Shown here piece by piece: positions 19,433 to 29,282 of a stretch of 64,000 nt of DNA. Numbering within the stretch: position 1 is the stretch's first letter; every line of letters starts with the position of its first letter. The notes below the pieces were generated by a model, which made no database searches, was not told the DNA's origin, and worked only from the letters and a program-made list of their open reading frames with translations. This stretch comes from Deltaproteobacteria bacterium (GTDB taxonomy: Bacteria > UBA10199 > SBBF01), in the NCBI GenBank assembly GCA_016183175.1, contig JACPFC010000026.1:41907-105906 (forward strand). The letters are read 5' to 3'. The translations under genes and the position numbers were made by a program.

Positions 19433-20346
19433 AGCGCGGGATTCAGGATCCGGTCGTCGACGGAACCGAAAACCATGTGGATCCGTTTTGGCAGGGAGGG
19501 GTCAACATCCCTTTTCCAACAGGAAATGTTTTGCTTCAGTTGGGACACGCTCTCCGCGCCGAAGACAACGGAAGCGCGAGGGGCCGCCGATTTGATATAG
19601 AGCAGGGCGAGTTCCGGGCGCTCCATCACCAGTTCACGGCAAACCGAATCGAGATTTTTCAAAATGGATTTTGCAAAGGCCATTTTCTCCGGCAACTCTT
19701 CCGGTTTCATGAGGAGGAGCCCCTGCAAAAAAATACTGCGGACATAGATGCCCTTCCCAAGCCTCTCCGCCAGGCCAAAAACTCCCTGGTCAAGAAAGCG
19801 GCGGTCGAAGAGGTTCATGGGAACCTGAACCAGATCGATCCCCTCTGTTTCAAGGGCTTGAAGGGCCCTCTCCGGCCGGTATACCGAGACCCCGATTTTC
19901 CGGACGACCTTTTCCTCCTTAAAACGAAGAAGGGTTTCTCCCAGGCCCCGGTTCCAGTGGTCGAGGAATTTCTCCCGGTGCAGGAGGATGCCGGAGAGTT
20001 GGGACAACCCGAGTCGTTCAAGGCTTTCGGAAAGGGCCTCTTTGAGGGCTTGTCCGTGAAGATGATTGAGTGAGGGATGAAATTTTGTAAAAACCCCAGC
20101 CTTTTGGGAAAGGCCCAGGGCTTTCAGGGCCTGCCCCAGAACCGTCTCGCTCGTTCCATAGTCCTGGGCCGTATCAAATTCCCGGATACCGTTCTCCCAG
20201 GCCTCTGCAACAATCTCCTCCGATTCCGACGGACCGGGTTGGCCCTTCCGGTTGGCGATTCCGTAAGGCATCCCGAGTTGCGCCGTGCCCAAAACAAGTC
20301 TCGTCGGACGGTCAGCCAACCCGCGAAATCCTTTCCGGCTGGACAA
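19417..20346 (-). CDS. Aldo/keto reductase family oxidoreductase
   Basis: 309 aa with an AKR TIM-barrel pattern (LVLGTAQLG...DTAQDYG...). Confidence 0.75.
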   Translation of the reverse strand: MSSRKGFRGLADRPTRLVLGTAQLGMPYGIANRKGQPGPSESEEIVAEAWENGIREFDTAQDYGTSETVLGQALKALGLSQKAGVFTKFHPSLNHLHGQALKEALSESLERLGLSQLSGILLHREKFLDHWNRGLGETLLRFKEEKVVRKIGVSVYRPERALQALETEGIDLVQVPMNLFDRRFLDQGVFGLAERLGKGIYVRSIFLQGLLLMKPEELPEKMAFAKSILKNLDSVCRELVMERPELALLYIKSAAPRASVVFGAESVSQLKQNISCWKRDVDPSLPKRIHMVFGSVDDRILNPALWPPH

Positions 20347-22525
20347 CCGATCGGATCGACTGAATCACCCTTTGAACGTCGCTGTCCAACATCGCGGGAA
20401 AGAGTGGAATCGAGAGGCACTGGTCGTAGTATTTTTCCGCATGGGGACAATCGCCCCGTTGGGTGCCGAACCGGTTCCTGAAGAGGGGCTGTGTATGGAC
20501 CGGGATGAAGTGGACCTGGGTTTTGACCCCCTTTTCTTCCAGTTGCGCCATCACGTCGGCCCGCGGCAGACCCCGTTTCTCGAAATCGATCAGGAGGACG
20601 TAAAGATGGAAGTTGTTTTGACAAAAGGCGGATTCGTAAGGCGTGATCGCCAGATCCAGTTTCTCAAAATGGGCGTTGTATTGGTCGACGATTTCACGCC
20701 TCCGCTTCATGAATCGGGGCAGTTTTCGGGCCTGGGAGATGCCGAGGGCGCACTGAATGTCCGTGATGCGGTAGTTGAAACCGAGTTCGACCTGTTCGTA
20801 ATACCAGGGAGGGATTGAGGCCTGAAAGTCGGACCTCAACTCCGGATTGACGAACTCGGCCGGATCGCTGGTCATGCCGTGGTTTCGCAATCGCTTGAGC
20901 CTCCGGTAGAGTTCCTCATCGTTGGTGAGAACGGCGCCTCCCTCGCCGGTGGTGATATGCTTGACGGGATGAAAACTCAAGACCGCCATATCCGAAAAGG
21001 AGCAGGAACCCACCTGCGTTCCCTTGTAGGTCGAGCCGAGGGCGTGGGCGGCGTCTTCAATGATGTATATTTTATGGCCAAACTTCTTCTCCGCCCGGTT
21101 TTTAATCCGTGTCATTGCCTCCATATCGCAACTCTGGCCGGCAAAATGCACGGGGATGACGGCCTTGACGCGCCCGGTTATTTTCATTTCCACGGTTTCC
21201 GGCGACAGATTATAGGTTCTCGGGTCGATATCGCCGAACACGGGTCTTGCCCCGCAATAGACAATGCAGTTTGCCGAGGCCACGAAGGTGTTGGGAGAGG
21301 TAATGACTTCGTCTCCGGGACCGATGTTGGCGGACAGACAGGCGATATGGAGGGCGGAGGTCCCCGAATTGACGGCCACCGCGAACTTTGAGCCGGTAAT
21401 CCGGCACAAGGCGTCCTCGAACTCGCCGACCTTTGGCCCCTGGGTCAAATAACTTGATTTCAGGACCGCGATGACGGAGCGGATATCGTCGTCGTCGATG
21501 CTTTGCCTCCCGTAAGGAGACATGGAACGCCTTGCGCTGTCGTCCGCGTAGGGTTTCCTCTTGATGATTTTTGGGAAGCCGCTTTTGTAATCCCCGTAAA
21601 ACTTCTCGATCGAATCATCGATGGTCGGCAGGGCGCAATCGAGCGCCTCTGCCAGCTTGCCGACGTTGAGGGTGAGGTCGGTTCCCCTCTTGGCGTCGAA
21701 GTTGAACTCTTCGATCGGCGTCGGCTCGACAAGAGACCGGTCCAGTCGAAACCGGTCGGCGAGCCTCACGGCGAATTCGTACTTCGAAATGCCGATGGGA
21801 CTCCCGCAATTGTAGATGCCGAGCAGGTCTTTCCGCGCCGCCAGTTCCAATACCCATGCCAGTTCCAGCGTGTAGATGGAAGAAAAGCGGGCATTGACAA
21901 AACCCTTGATCACTTGTCCCTCCTTAAGCCGATGGATAATCCATTCGGCGAGGCCTTCTTTTTCCTGAATGTTCCATCCAAAGATGTTTGTCCGGAAAAC
22001 GAGCGTATGGGGATGTTTAAGCGCTTCAAGCTCTCCTTCGTATTTGCTTTTCCCATAATAATTCGGAGGGCTGGGGGGGTCGGTCTCCGAGTAATCTCCC
22101 CTTTGACCGTCGTAAACGAGGTCGGTTGATATGTAGATGAGTTTTGCGTCGCAATCCTCAAGACTTTCGACAACGGCCTGCGTGCCCAGGATGTTCGTCT
22201 TTTTTGCAAGCTCCCGGTTCCTTTCGCACAAGTCGACATCCGCCAAAGAGGCGCAGTGAATGACGACATCGGGCTTAAAGCCCTTGACAACGGGCTTAAG
22301 GGAGTCCTGCGACAGGAGATCGACCCGTTGCGTTTCAACCCCGTCAATGGAAACGGGATGGGAACAATACAATCCGAGCAGGTCGAATTTCCCGCGAAAT
22401 GCGTGGGCGAGATTGCTCCCAAGCATGCCGCTTACGCCCGTAATGAGGATTTTTTCCCTATTGGGGAACGGCCTCGAGGCCCCAACGCGATTTTTCGATG
22501 GAATAGTCATCGGCGGTTTTTTCAA
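20312..22525 (-). CDS. Fusion: N-terminal RmlD-like NAD(P)-dependent sugar reductase/epimerase plus C-terminal DegT/DnrJ/EryC1/StrS aminotransferase (PseC-like)
   Basis: 737 aa. The N-terminus ILITGVSGMLG is a Rossmann fold (dTDP-4-dehydrorhamnose reductase-like). The C-terminal half has SGTSALHIA and SFHPVKHITTGEGG (PLP lysine) of sugar aminotransferases. Confidence 0.8.
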   Translation of the reverse strand: MKKPPMTIPSKNRVGASRPFPNREKILITGVSGMLGSNLAHAFRGKFDLLGLYCSHPVSIDGVETQRVDLLSQDSLKPVVKGFKPDVVIHCASLADVDLCERNRELAKKTNILGTQAVVESLEDCDAKLIYISTDLVYDGQRGDYSETDPPSPPNYYGKSKYEGELEALKHPHTLVFRTNIFGWNIQEKEGLAEWIIHRLKEGQVIKGFVNARFSSIYTLELAWVLELAARKDLLGIYNCGSPIGISKYEFAVRLADRFRLDRSLVEPTPIEEFNFDAKRGTDLTLNVGKLAEALDCALPTIDDSIEKFYGDYKSGFPKIIKRKPYADDSARRSMSPYGRQSIDDDDIRSVIAVLKSSYLTQGPKVGEFEDALCRITGSKFAVAVNSGTSALHIACLSANIGPGDEVITSPNTFVASANCIVYCGARPVFGDIDPRTYNLSPETVEMKITGRVKAVIPVHFAGQSCDMEAMTRIKNRAEKKFGHKIYIIEDAAHALGSTYKGTQVGSCSFSDMAVLSFHPVKHITTGEGGAVLTNDEELYRRLKRLRNHGMTSDPAEFVNPELRSDFQASIPPWYYEQVELGFNYRITDIQCALGISQARKLPRFMKRRREIVDQYNAHFEKLDLAITPYESAFCQNNFHLYVLLIDFEKRGLPRADVMAQLEEKGVKTQVHFIPVHTQPLFRNRFGTQRGDCPHAEKYYDQCLSIPLFPAMLDSDVQRVIQSIRSVVQPERISRVG

Positions 22526-23498
22526 TCAGGTCCCGGAGTTGTTCAACCGTGAGCCAGTCTTTGTTCTGATCGGAGGTGTATTTGAAATCGTTCCTGCAAA
22601 GTCCCGCATTTCCGTTGCCGGCCGACAATAATTCCTCCAGAGACCGCGGATGGCTTTGAATAATGAAATGTTCCCTGAATTCCACGGTATGACGGGCCTC
22701 TTCCCCGCTGATCAGCGTTTCGTGAAGCTTTTCGCCGGGACGAACCCCGATGATGTCAAATCGGCATTCAGGGTCGATCGCTCTCGCCAGATCGACAATT
22801 TTCATGGAGGGAATCTGGGGCACGAAGACCTCGCCTCCCCGGACGATCTTGAGCGCCATGAGGACGAAATGGACCGCCTGGTCGAGGGTGATCCAGAAAC
22901 GGGTCATGCGGGGATCGGTGATCGGTATAACGCCGGCCTTTGCCTTCTCTTTGAAGAAAGGGACCACGGAGCCCCTGCTCCCGAGAACATTTCCGTAGCG
23001 GACCACGGCGAACCGGACATTCTGGAATCCGCCATAGGCCTTGGCCGCGCAGAACAGTTTGTCGGCGCAAAGTTTGGTGGCCCCATAGAGATTGAGGGGA
23101 TTGCAGGCCTTGTCCGTCGAGAGGGCAATGACCCGCGACACGTTATTGTAAATGGCCGCTTCAATCACGTTCATGGCGCCGATGACGTTTGTCTTGATGC
23201 ATTCTGCGGGGTTGTATTCCGCGGCCGGGACCTGCTTCAAGGCGGCGGCATGGATGACGTAGTCAACCTGACGGAAGGCGAGCATCAGCCGGTCCTTGTC
23301 GCGCACATCCCCGAGAAAGTAGCGGATGCAGGGATATTTTTCGGCATCCCATCGCTGGGACATTTCGAACTGTTTGAGTTCATCCCGGCTGAAGACGATC
23401 AATTTGTTGGGCGCGTAGTTTTCCAGGATTATCTGCACCATCTTCTTGCCGAAAGAACCGGTGCCGCCCGTGATGAGGATGTTTTTGTTGTTGAGCAT
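22458..23498 (-). CDS. pseB: UDP-N-acetylglucosamine 4,6-dehydratase (inverting), PseB/FlaA1
   Basis: 346 aa. N-terminus NILITGGTGSFGK and overall PseB/CapD short form. Confidence 0.85.
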   Translation of the reverse strand: MLNNKNILITGGTGSFGKKMVQIILENYAPNKLIVFSRDELKQFEMSQRWDAEKYPCIRYFLGDVRDKDRLMLAFRQVDYVIHAAALKQVPAAEYNPAECIKTNVIGAMNVIEAAIYNNVSRVIALSTDKACNPLNLYGATKLCADKLFCAAKAYGGFQNVRFAVVRYGNVLGSRGSVVPFFKEKAKAGVIPITDPRMTRFWITLDQAVHFVLMALKIVRGGEVFVPQIPSMKIVDLARAIDPECRFDIIGVRPGEKLHETLISGEEARHTVEFREHFIIQSHPRSLEELLSAGNGNAGLCRNDFKYTSDQNKDWLTVEQLRDLIEKTADDYSIEKSRWGLEAVPQ

Positions 23499-23502
23499 CA
23501 GA

Positions 23503-24024
23503 CTACTCCTTGTTCACGTTGTTGATATATTCCATGATATTGACGACCTTTCCCGGCGCTTTGAGGGTGGAGCCGGTGAGGTTCAAGACCACCACATCGG
23601 GATCATCGCTCCTTTCCTTCAGGATAACGGCCGAATCGTTAAAATGCCTGCGCATGACGCGTTCGACGATATCCATCAGTTCGCCGTCGCCGTGAATGAA
23701 GAAATTCCTGTGGTTGTTGTCCACGTAATGGGAAATCAGAAATCCGATTTTGATTTCCAGCTCCCGATATCGGTGGATGGTATTCAGGACCGCCTGGTAG
23801 GAGCGTTGCGCCATTTGAACGGTTGCCTTGGGCGTCAAAAGATAATTCAGCTTCTTTTTGTTCAGGGCCTTCACCCGGATATAGCCCCGGCTGATCAATT
23901 TTTTCAAGATGGCATTGATCAAACCGATGGAGACCCCCGGTTTTTTTGCGAGCTCCCGCTGGGAGGTCTCCTCGTACGGCGAGGAAATATGGGACAACAG
24001 CTGAATTTCCCTTTGGGTCAGCAA
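23503..24024 (-). CDS. Winged-helix (MarR-like) transcriptional regulator
   Basis: 173 aa. The HTH segment SQRELAKKPGVSIGLINAILKKLISRGYI sits upstream and is divergent from the wzz/wza genes. Confidence 0.6.
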   Translation of the reverse strand: MLTQREIQLLSHISSPYEETSQRELAKKPGVSIGLINAILKKLISRGYIRVKALNKKKLNYLLTPKATVQMAQRSYQAVLNTIHRYRELEIKIGFLISHYVDNNHRNFFIHGDGELMDIVERVMRRHFNDSAVILKERSDDPDVVVLNLTGSTLKAPGKVVNIMEYINNVNKE

Positions 24025-24312
24025 AGGCAGGCTACCGCCCGCTCCCTGGAAAAAAGAGTCTGGAAATCAGGGAGATGAAAAGGCCGCCGGCAAAAAACCA
24101 CATACGAACAACACTGTTCACAAAATGTTCATTTATCGAATGTCCGGGAATATTCAAAAAACGCCGGGCTATATTCAAAATTTATCCGTCGACTGTCAAG
24201 AATAAACTCCGGGGCCCGAAAATATTTTTTGACAAAGGGGTTCTTTAAGAGTAGGGAAAAAACCCGCTTGGCGCTTGGACGCCGGTTTAAGCCGGTAAAG
24301 AGGTTTTAAATC

Positions 24313-25440
24313 GTGAGTGATACAGGGTACGAAGTGAATGTGCTTGACGGTTATCGGATTGTCCGAAAACGGATCCGGTTGATTGCCGCGGTGGTTTTCA
24401 TCACGACCTTTTCTTCGGTTGTCTGGAGTCTTGTTCTTCCCAAGATTTATCGGAGCGAGGCGCTGATCCTGGTTTCGGGCGGTTTATCGGGGGTGGGGGT
24501 CACCGAGCTCCTGGCTCTCCAGCTAAGCTTTGGCGGGGGCATGACGGGCGGAGGAGGCGCAGGGGGAAAACTGGTGGCGTTTTTTCACAGCCGGACGATG
24601 GCCGAAAGGATCATTACGCGGTTTGATCTTATGAAATATTATTATAAAGACGCCTGGGACGCGGAAAAAAACGATTGGAAGGCGGCGGATCCCGCCGACA
24701 AACCCTCCCTGCAGACGGCGGTCGTCAGTTTCAAACAATCGGCATCCTTCTCGGAAGACAGGAAAAAGGGGACGGTCAAGATCAGCGTGGAGTTTACCGA
24801 TCCCGTATTGGCTACCCAGGTGGCCAACGGCATCGTGGATGAACTGCAACGATTCGTCGATGAAAGCGAATTCACCGAGTCCAAAAGAAAGCGGGTTTTC
24901 ATCGGCAATCAGCTTTTGGCCAACCGGCGCGAACTTCTTGAGGCGGGAAAGGAACTTTCCGAATACTACCAGCGGAACCGGATATCGGCAACCCTGGCGC
25001 AGGTGGATGTGCCCCTGGAATTCTCCGAAACGGAGCGGAACATACCCACGCGCCTGGCGTCCTCTTCCGATGCGGTCATCCCGGAACAGATTCGGAATTT
25101 GCAGGAGACCGTGAAAAAGATGGATGCCGCGGCGCCAAAGGGGGAGGTGGTCCACGGAATTCCCCAGCAGGTGTATCTGGAGTATGTGGTCCAAAAGAGG
25201 GAAATTCTCAAGGTTCTGGCCGGCCTGCTTTCCCAGCAGTATGAGATGTCCAAGATTGAAGAGGCGAGGGAAAACATTTCTTTTGAGGTGCTGGATAAGG
25301 CGCTGGTTCCCGAAAAAAGGGTGAAGCCCCAGCGGCGCCGTATCGTGATGACCGCTTTTGTCTTCAGTATTTTTGCGGCCCTGTTTCTTGCCTTTGTTCT
25401 GGAGTATTTTCAGAAAATTCGGCCCCGGCAGGAACGATAG
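24313..25440 (+). CDS. Polysaccharide chain-length determinant protein (Wzz/PCP family, no kinase domain)
   Basis: 375 aa. N-terminal TM (LIAAVVFITTFSSVVWSLVL) plus C-terminal TM (IVMTAFVFSIFAALFLAFVL) with a coiled periplasmic region. Confidence 0.75.
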   Translation: MSDTGYEVNVLDGYRIVRKRIRLIAAVVFITTFSSVVWSLVLPKIYRSEALILVSGGLSGVGVTELLALQLSFGGGMTGGGGAGGKLVAFFHSRTMAERIITRFDLMKYYYKDAWDAEKNDWKAADPADKPSLQTAVVSFKQSASFSEDRKKGTVKISVEFTDPVLATQVANGIVDELQRFVDESEFTESKRKRVFIGNQLLANRRELLEAGKELSEYYQRNRISATLAQVDVPLEFSETERNIPTRLASSSDAVIPEQIRNLQETVKKMDAAAPKGEVVHGIPQQVYLEYVVQKREILKVLAGLLSQQYEMSKIEEARENISFEVLDKALVPEKRVKPQRRRIVMTAFVFSIFAALFLAFVLEYFQKIRPRQER

Positions 25441-25443
25441 AAT

Positions 25444-26583
25444 ATGCGGGGCAAAGGGAAAATGTTTAATCAGCGGAACAATATTGTCATCGCCTGTCTC
25501 TTCGGTTGCCTGTTGTTGATGCCTTTTTCCGCCTTTTCCCAGGAAGGCTTCGGTCAGGCCCTGGGCGTCCGAAAATCGCTTTCAGGCACGGCAGACAGTA
25601 AAGGCAGGGAAGTGCGGAGTTTTGGTTCGCAAAATCAGACCGTCGAGGTGGAGTCGAGTTCTATTCCGTTCAGCGCCCTGAATCCGGCGGGATCGGGAAC
25701 CGAAAGCCCTGTTTTTTACAATGTTCATGTCCTGGGAGAAGTCGGTCGTCCGGGCGTTTATAAAATCAGGCCTTCCGATCGGGTTACCGACGCCCTTCAA
25801 TATGCGGGGGGGCAGTTGCCGAACGGCTCGACACGCCGCCTGCAATTAAGGCGGGAAGGGTCGACAAGAATTCTCGATCTTTTTGCCTACAAATACAACG
25901 GCCTGCTCGACAATAATCCTTATCTGATGGAAAACGATGTGATCTTTGTGCCGGTCAAGAAGGGGGAAATTCAGGTTGAGGGACCGGTCAACCGCCCCGG
26001 AAATTACGAAATAACCCGCCCCATTTCTCTTGCAAAAGCCGTTGCGATGGCGGGGGGTTTTTCGGTCGGCCTTTCCGCAAAGACCCCGATCCGCATTGTC
26101 CGTTTCAACGGCGAGGAAAAAAAGGAGATTATCGAAGTGGAAAACAGCAGGGACGAAATGGCGGGATTTGAGGTCAAAAAGGGGGACGCCATCGTCGTTC
26201 CCCATATTTTGATCGCCGACAAGGAATTCGACTACAATTTGAAACGCATTCCCGGAGACAACATTTTTTATCCGACAATCGATGACAATGTCTATGTGAT
26301 CGGGGCGGTGTCCTTGCCCGGCGCCTACGAATTCAAGCCGCACTATACCTATAAAGAATATGTCAGTCTCGCGGGGCCGGTGCGGGATGCAAAAATGAGA
26401 AGCATCCGGCTGATCCGGAGCAATGGGAAAAAACTGCGCGTCAGGAAAAGCACCACAATTAATGCGGGCGATACCCTTGTTGTCCCCCAGCGTTACTGGA
26501 AACCGGAGGTAGTTGCCGGTTGGCTGGGAACCGTCACGAATCTTACTCTTTCCACGCTTGTCATTACCGACCGTTTTAAATAA
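25444..26583 (+). CDS. Polysaccharide export outer-membrane protein (Wza-like; Poly_export + SLBB domains)
   Basis: 379 aa. Signal peptide; the VHVLGEVGRPGVYKI and IGAVSLPGAYEF SLBB motifs. Confidence 0.8.
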   Translation: MRGKGKMFNQRNNIVIACLFGCLLLMPFSAFSQEGFGQALGVRKSLSGTADSKGREVRSFGSQNQTVEVESSSIPFSALNPAGSGTESPVFYNVHVLGEVGRPGVYKIRPSDRVTDALQYAGGQLPNGSTRRLQLRREGSTRILDLFAYKYNGLLDNNPYLMENDVIFVPVKKGEIQVEGPVNRPGNYEITRPISLAKAVAMAGGFSVGLSAKTPIRIVRFNGEEKKEIIEVENSRDEMAGFEVKKGDAIVVPHILIADKEFDYNLKRIPGDNIFYPTIDDNVYVIGAVSLPGAYEFKPHYTYKEYVSLAGPVRDAKMRSIRLIRSNGKKLRVRKSTTINAGDTLVVPQRYWKPEVVAGWLGTVTNLTLSTLVITDRFK

Positions 26584-26599
26584 GCGGATTATTTTTGCT

Positions 26600-29281
26600 T
26601 TAAAATTCGCGGCCCAGGATAAGATAGGCCGCTCCTGCATCGGAGCCGCCGCTGTCTTCGGCAGGAGCCCCCGCCAAAAAATCATCGATGGCATCACCGT
26701 CGACATCCCCCGCGGGAGCCACGGATCCGGCGGCATCCGAGGCCGCTTCTCCCGTGAATTTGACTTCTGCGTCGGAGAGATCCGTTGTGCCGGTCGCCGG
26801 GCCGTAGATGAGGTAGACGGCGCCGGCGTCGGCGGCAGACCCGTCATTTGACGGGGCCCCCACCAGAATATCCGGCGTGCCGTCGTCATTCGGATCGCCG
26901 GCGGAAGAAACAAAGGTGCCGGCGCTGTCCCCCGTGTTTTCACCCGTGAATCTTGCGTTGGCGCCTGAAAGAGAAAGGGAACCGCTTAAAGGGCCCAGGA
27001 CAAGATAGGCGGCCCCCGCACCACTGCTTTCTCCGGAGGCCCCCACAAGCATGTCATCATAGCCGTCGCCGTTATGATCGCCGGCGGGGGCGACAGATGT
27101 GCCGGCATAAGCATTGTCCTCCACCCCTTCCATTTGACCGTCGGCGGCAGAAAGGTCAACGGCGCCGGAAACAGGGCCATCGATCAGATAGGCCATCCCT
27201 GCCGCCAAACCGGCCGAATCGTTCCCGATGGCGCCGATTAAAATATCGCCGGTTCCATCGCCGTATACATCTCCCGCCGATGCGACCGCCCATCCGGCCG
27301 AATCAGAGGCGTCTTCCCCCAGCAATATCGCCTCCGCCCCGGAGAGGTTCCGGGTTCCACTGACGGGGCCGTGGACCAGGTAGGCCGCGCCGGCAGTGAT
27401 GCCTCCCGCATCATTGTAGATGGCTCCCACGAGCACATCATCATTGCCGTCCCCATCCATATCCCCGGCGGAGGAGGTGGAATACCCTGCCAGATCGCCA
27501 CCTGCCTCGCCGATAAGCTTTGCCCCCCCGGAAGAAAGATCGGCAGTCCCTGTGAGAGGACCATAGACGATATATGCGGCGCCGGCGTCGGAGCCGCCGC
27601 CATCCTCCTGATAGGCGCCGACGATAAGGTCGACATTTCCGTCCCCATCCACATCCCCGGCGGAGGAGACGGCATAACCGGCCATATCGCCATCCGCCTC
27701 GCCCAGAAGTTTGGCGCCGGCGGTCGAAAGGTCCACCGAGCCGCTGACGGGTCCGTAGACGACATAAACGGCGCCGGCCCCCGTTGCGGCGGAACTTTCG
27801 CCGTATGCACCCACCAGGATATCGTCAAATCCATCGGCGTCAAAATCGCCGGCCGGGGCCAGGGACCGTCCTGCATCGTTGTCGTCGGTTTCTCCAATCA
27901 ACTTGGCGTCGGCGTCGGCAAGACTGTTTGTGGCGGGTTCACAACCATCGGATGTCCCGTCGCAATTGCTGTCCATGCCGTCGAAACAGGTATCGGTTGA
28001 CGCCGGATGAGTGGAACTGTCCCCGTCATCACAGTCATCATTTGTTGCGGCCACGCCGGCCGGAGGGTCGCAATAATCAACCGCACTGGCGGTTTCGTCT
28101 CCGTAGCCGTCGCCGTCGATATCGGTGTAATAAGAGCTTTTTCCCGTTGCTGAAGAATCATCGTCATCGGCCAGGCCGTCGCAGTCTTCGTCGGTGTCGG
28201 AGGCATCACAGATCTCCGTGGCCGAGGGGTTAATCGAAGAATCGCTGTCGTCGCAGTCGGTGTTTGTTGCGGCATAGCCGCTTCCCGGATCGTCACAAAA
28301 CAGAGTGCCTGTTGTGTCCGACTCATCGCCGTATCCGTCCCCATCGCTGTCGGCATACCATGTGCCCTGGCCCGTAACGGATGAGTCGTCATCGTCGGTT
28401 GCGCCGTCGCAGTCGTTGTCGATGGTGTCACAGATTTCCGTGGCCACAGGATTAATGGCCGAATTGGCATCATCACAATCATCGTTCGTTGTCGAGACGC
28501 CGGAAGAGGGAGGGTCGCAGTAGTCGGTTCCTGTTGCATCGTTCGTGTCACCATATCCATCGTTGTCGGCATCGGTGTACCGGGTGACCTTGCCTTCAGC
28601 TCCATCCGGATCGGCATCATCAGCATATCCGTTGCAGTTTTCGTCAACGTCGTCGGGGTCGCACTCTTCGAAGGCAGAGGGATTAATGGATGGATCGGTG
28701 TCGTTACAATCCCCCTCGCAGGAGGCCAGACCATCCCCATCGCCATCGTCGATGTCGGCGATGTCGTCACAGTTTCTGTCTTCGGTGTCACACTCGGTGG
28801 GAGCGCCGGGGTAGTAATCGGCGGCGGAATCGTTGCAGTCGTCGTTGGTCGCGGCATAGCCGCTTTCCGGATCGTCACAAAACAGAGTGCCTGTTGTGTC
28901 CAACTCATCGCCGTATCCGTCCCCATCGCTGTCGGCGTACCAAGTGGTTGCATCGGTTACATTGTCGTCTTCGTCGTCAATCAGGGAGTTGCAGTCGTTG
29001 TCGATTTCATCGCAGACTTCGGCGGCCGAGGGGTTGGTGGCGGCATCGGCGTCATTGCAATCATCGCCGTTGTCCGCATATCCGGCCGTTCCGGCGCAGA
29101 CGCTTGCCAGAAGGTCGCTTGCGCCGTAGCCATCTCCGTCATCATCTACGAAGGCATCTATGGTGCCGCCAATTTTTGGATCGTTGGGATCACAGTCGTC
29201 ACTGTCCCAGTAGCCGTCTTCGTCGGCATCGTTGGCCTTGTAGCCGCAGGCGGACAACAAATATAAAAGAAGCGGGTTCAT
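26600..29281 (-). CDS. Giant acidic lipoprotein: 7 MopE-like Cys-rich 'putative metal-binding' repeats followed by ~8 FG-GAP (integrin-alpha beta-propeller) repeats
   Basis: 893 aa. Lipobox LLSAC at the N-terminus. Repeated DCDDxDxxINPxAxExCDxxDNDCDG units and WYADSDGDGYGDE motifs. C-terminal repeated D.DGDG..D..VGA...GAAY..GP units. The underlying DNA is highly repetitive. Confidence 0.8.
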   Translation of the reverse strand: MNPLLLYLLSACGYKANDADEDGYWDSDDCDPNDPKIGGTIDAFVDDDGDGYGASDLLASVCAGTAGYADNGDDCNDADAATNPSAAEVCDEIDNDCNSLIDDEDDNVTDATTWYADSDGDGYGDELDTTGTLFCDDPESGYAATNDDCNDSAADYYPGAPTECDTEDRNCDDIADIDDGDGDGLASCEGDCNDTDPSINPSAFEECDPDDVDENCNGYADDADPDGAEGKVTRYTDADNDGYGDTNDATGTDYCDPPSSGVSTTNDDCDDANSAINPVATEICDTIDNDCDGATDDDDSSVTGQGTWYADSDGDGYGDESDTTGTLFCDDPGSGYAATNTDCDDSDSSINPSATEICDASDTDEDCDGLADDDDSSATGKSSYYTDIDGDGYGDETASAVDYCDPPAGVAATNDDCDDGDSSTHPASTDTCFDGMDSNCDGTSDGCEPATNSLADADAKLIGETDDNDAGRSLAPAGDFDADGFDDILVGAYGESSAATGAGAVYVVYGPVSGSVDLSTAGAKLLGEADGDMAGYAVSSAGDVDGDGNVDLIVGAYQEDGGGSDAGAAYIVYGPLTGTADLSSGGAKLIGEAGGDLAGYSTSSAGDMDGDGNDDVLVGAIYNDAGGITAGAAYLVHGPVSGTRNLSGAEAILLGEDASDSAGWAVASAGDVYGDGTGDILIGAIGNDSAGLAAGMAYLIDGPVSGAVDLSAADGQMEGVEDNAYAGTSVAPAGDHNGDGYDDMLVGASGESSGAGAAYLVLGPLSGSLSLSGANARFTGENTGDSAGTFVSSAGDPNDDGTPDILVGAPSNDGSAADAGAVYLIYGPATGTTDLSDAEVKFTGEAASDAAGSVAPAGDVDGDAIDDFLAGAPAEDSGGSDAGAAYLILGREF

Positions 29282-29282
29282 A

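Noticed and set aside
26953-28953. Multiple ORFs on alternative frames within the giant lipoprotein gene: 27238..27897-, 27898..28953-, 27371..28000+, 27784..28233+, 28690..29286+.
   Set aside because: Artefacts of the repetitive GAC/GGC-rich DNA encoding the D/G-rich repeats. Their translations are low-complexity (PT-, RR-rich).
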